A stretch of 64,000 nucleotides of DNA from a virus (lineage: Duplodnaviria; Caudoviricetes): positions 16,880 through 80,879 of IMG/VR virus record IMGVR_UViG_3300020138_000006; one strand, 5' to 3'. Of the stretch, positions 62,383-64,000 are shown piece after piece; position 1 is the stretch's first letter, and the number at the start of each line of letters is the position of its first letter. Under the pieces are notes generated by a model. The model saw nothing but the letters and a program-made list of their open reading frames with translations, was not told the DNA's origin and made no database searches. Made by a program: the position numbers and the translations under genes.

Positions 62383-62661
62383 GATTGTTCTCCTTCACGT
62401 CCTGCCAGCAGGGGCACTTTTTTTCACCGATTCGACGCCCGAAGTAGGGGTCGAAAACGTGCCCTCACCTTCTAGCCCGTTCGGCTAGCGGCATCCGAGC
62501 CCAGTACGGGCACCGGAAGTTTTTGGGGATGGAAGGCCGTAAGGGGAACCCGGCCGAATCTCGGCCGGTTCGCTGCCTTCACTGTGCCTTCACTGTCTAG
62601 GCCATCGGGCGCGCACCACTTGCGCGCACTACGCGCACCAAAGCTGCGATCCGCGGGCACG

Positions 62662-62713
62662 CGAAAGGGCCCGCACCGTCACCCGTGATGGGCGGACGGT
62701 GCGGGCCCTTTCG
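62662..62713 (-). terminator. Stem-loop after sigma-like gene
   Basis: 19-bp perfect stem CGAAAGGGCCCGCACCGTC / GACGGTGCGGGCCCTTTCG. Confidence 0.8.
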
Positions 62714-62724
62714 GCCCGCTACGT

Positions 62725-63807
62725 CTAGCGGAACATCGCATCCGCGACCGCGCGCGCGTTGGCGACCGTGACGGGCGCGTCGATCACGCGGGCCGTAGCG
62801 GCCGCGTCCGCGTTCGCGTCCGTGATCAGGCCGCGCTCACGCCACGCGTCCGCGAGCGACGGGACCGGGCGACCCATACCGGCCGCCATGGCGGCCCGGT
62901 ACTCGGCCGCTGCCCGCGCCCGGTTCGCGGGCGATTCGAGCGCGGCCCGCACGTCATCCGCGATTCGCGCGACAGTCGTGCCGGACGCGGGTCCGGCCCA
63001 CGGGTAGCCGCCGATGAGGTCGCGCGACGTGCCCATGAGGTCGCGCGCGCCCGCGCGGCCGTAGTCACGCGCGTACTCGGTGTAACGCTTCTGTGCGGCC
63101 GTCATCTCGGGCCGCTCCCGCCGCGTCACGTCCCGTACGCGTCCGATCGGCGCGCGGTCACCCTCACGGGCAATTTCGACCATCGCGGCCGCGACGCGCG
63201 ATACGAACCGGGCGCACGCGGACCGCAGTGTGTGAATCGTGTCGCGCGAGACGTAGCCGCTCGCGGACACTGCGACAGTGGCCACGCCGCTGTCACGCAT
63301 GGCGCGCGCGATGGCGGACCATGACGCGCCCGGACGCGCGTCAAGCCATGCGCGGACAATCTCCGCGTCCGCCGGGTCCAATCCGTCGCGGACGCGATTC
63401 AGTGCATCCGCGAGCACGTCAAGAATGGACGGCGACGGCGTGATTCCGGGCCGCGTGTCCTCAACGTCCCAGCCGTCGCCCGCGAGCGTGTCCCACGACA
63501 CGACGAACTGCGACCCCATCGACCGGACCGGCCGCACGCTCTCGGGTGCGACGGTGCGGGGGATTCCGCACGCGCGCTCCGCCACTGCCACGACGTGACC
63601 CGGGTGCTCGCGCTGCAAGCGCGCCCAGAGCAGCGTGCGGACGCGCGGCCGCGCCGCCATGATCGCGTCCGCGTAGCGGACCACCACTGGCGCGTCGCTC
63701 CGCGCGTCACTCATCGCGTCCGTGACGAGCGACGGCCGCGTGTCGCCATCCTCCCCGTGCCAACGGGGGACCGCGACCGTGTCGGTCGCGTTCGCGTTGC
63801 GTGTCAT
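62725..63807 (-). CDS. Putative sigma-70 region-4-like DNA-binding protein
   Basis: LNRVRDGLDPADAEIVRAWL...SWSAIARAM matches the region-4 HTH pattern; AAAGGTGAGG RBS. Confidence 0.5.
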   Translation of the reverse strand: MTRNANATDTVAVPRWHGEDGDTRPSLVTDAMSDARSDAPVVVRYADAIMAARPRVRTLLWARLQREHPGHVVAVAERACGIPRTVAPESVRPVRSMGSQFVVSWDTLAGDGWDVEDTRPGITPSPSILDVLADALNRVRDGLDPADAEIVRAWLDARPGASWSAIARAMRDSGVATVAVSASGYVSRDTIHTLRSACARFVSRVAAAMVEIAREGDRAPIGRVRDVTRRERPEMTAAQKRYTEYARDYGRAGARDLMGTSRDLIGGYPWAGPASGTTVARIADDVRAALESPANRARAAAEYRAAMAAGMGRPVPSLADAWRERGLITDANADAAATARVIDAPVTVANARAVADAMFR

Positions 63808-63906
63808 CGTGCCCTCACCTTTCTAGACCGGCGGCACCGTGCCGCACACCCCCACTATCGGCACCGCGACCCCTCACCCACTAGGCCAATATCCATTCCG
63901 TGATCC

Positions 63907-63928
63907 ATTCGTTATCAATTCGTTATCA
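63907..63928. repeat. 11-bp tandem repeat ATTCGTTATCA x2 in an AT-rich patch
   Basis: Read directly. Confidence 0.85.
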
Positions 63929-64000
63929 ACGCGCCGTCGCCCGGCACGCCCCCCGGTTATTCGAACACGTGTGCGAGCTCCTGCTCTCGGGAACGGCAGA

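Larger units (their letters stand above)
59627..63866 (-). repeat. Six dispersed bipartite 55-bp elements YGGTGCSSR-N31-CTARA-N1-2-RGTGARRGC
   Basis: Copies at 59627-59682, 61477-61531, 62100-62154, 62461-62515, 62586-62640, 63811-63866; spacer counted as 31 nt in each. Confidence 0.85.

Noticed and set aside
59627-63866. Bipartite repeats or the 29-bp repeat as a CRISPR array
   Set aside because: Copies are dispersed between genes and degenerate; no cas genes. The Cas4-like nuclease sits in a recombination module.

Overview
The window is most of the genome of a very GC-rich, long-tailed (siphovirus-type) temperate phage of a high-GC Actinomycetota host. The host call rests on WhiB, a LAXTG sortase substrate and an actinobacterial-type large serine recombinase. 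It appears to be the non-integrated form, because attP looks intact. Layout: (1) 1-22.2 kb rightward virion genes: portal 3' end, protease, scaffold, decoration, capsid, head-tail genes, Ig-domain major tail, -1 frameshifted chaperones, 1778-aa tape measure, minor tails. (2) 22.9-38.6 kb rightward replication and nucleotide genes: C5 methyltransferase, LAXTG surface protein, Cas4-like nuclease, AAA_24 recombinase, SSB-like, HNH, primase-helicase, RuvC, WhiB, DUF4406, dNMP kinase-MazG fusion. (3) A leftward serine integrase plus small rightward genes, ending at a bidirectional terminator at 41.35 kb. (4) 41.4-63.8 kb leftward arm: RuvB homolog, MoxR/VWA module, ATP-dependent ligase and Ku, a disguised tRNA-like RNA, many small genes, a sigma-like gene. 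No terminase, lysin, holin, DNA polymerase or recognisable repressor is visible. Most notable: attP lies inside the 3' end of the integrase gene, with a tRNA-Leu-like core flanked by two perfect DnaA-box inverted repeats, so integration should swap the integrase C-terminus and remove an ssrA-like -AA tail. Also notable: a 125-nt tRNA-Arg-derived RNA with D-loop and anticodon-loop insertions; six copies of a bipartite 55-bp element with an invariant 31-nt hairpin-containing spacer; a genome-wide 20-bp palindromic operator; and a phage Ku plus ligase pair. All protein calls come from motif recognition by eye; no searches were run.
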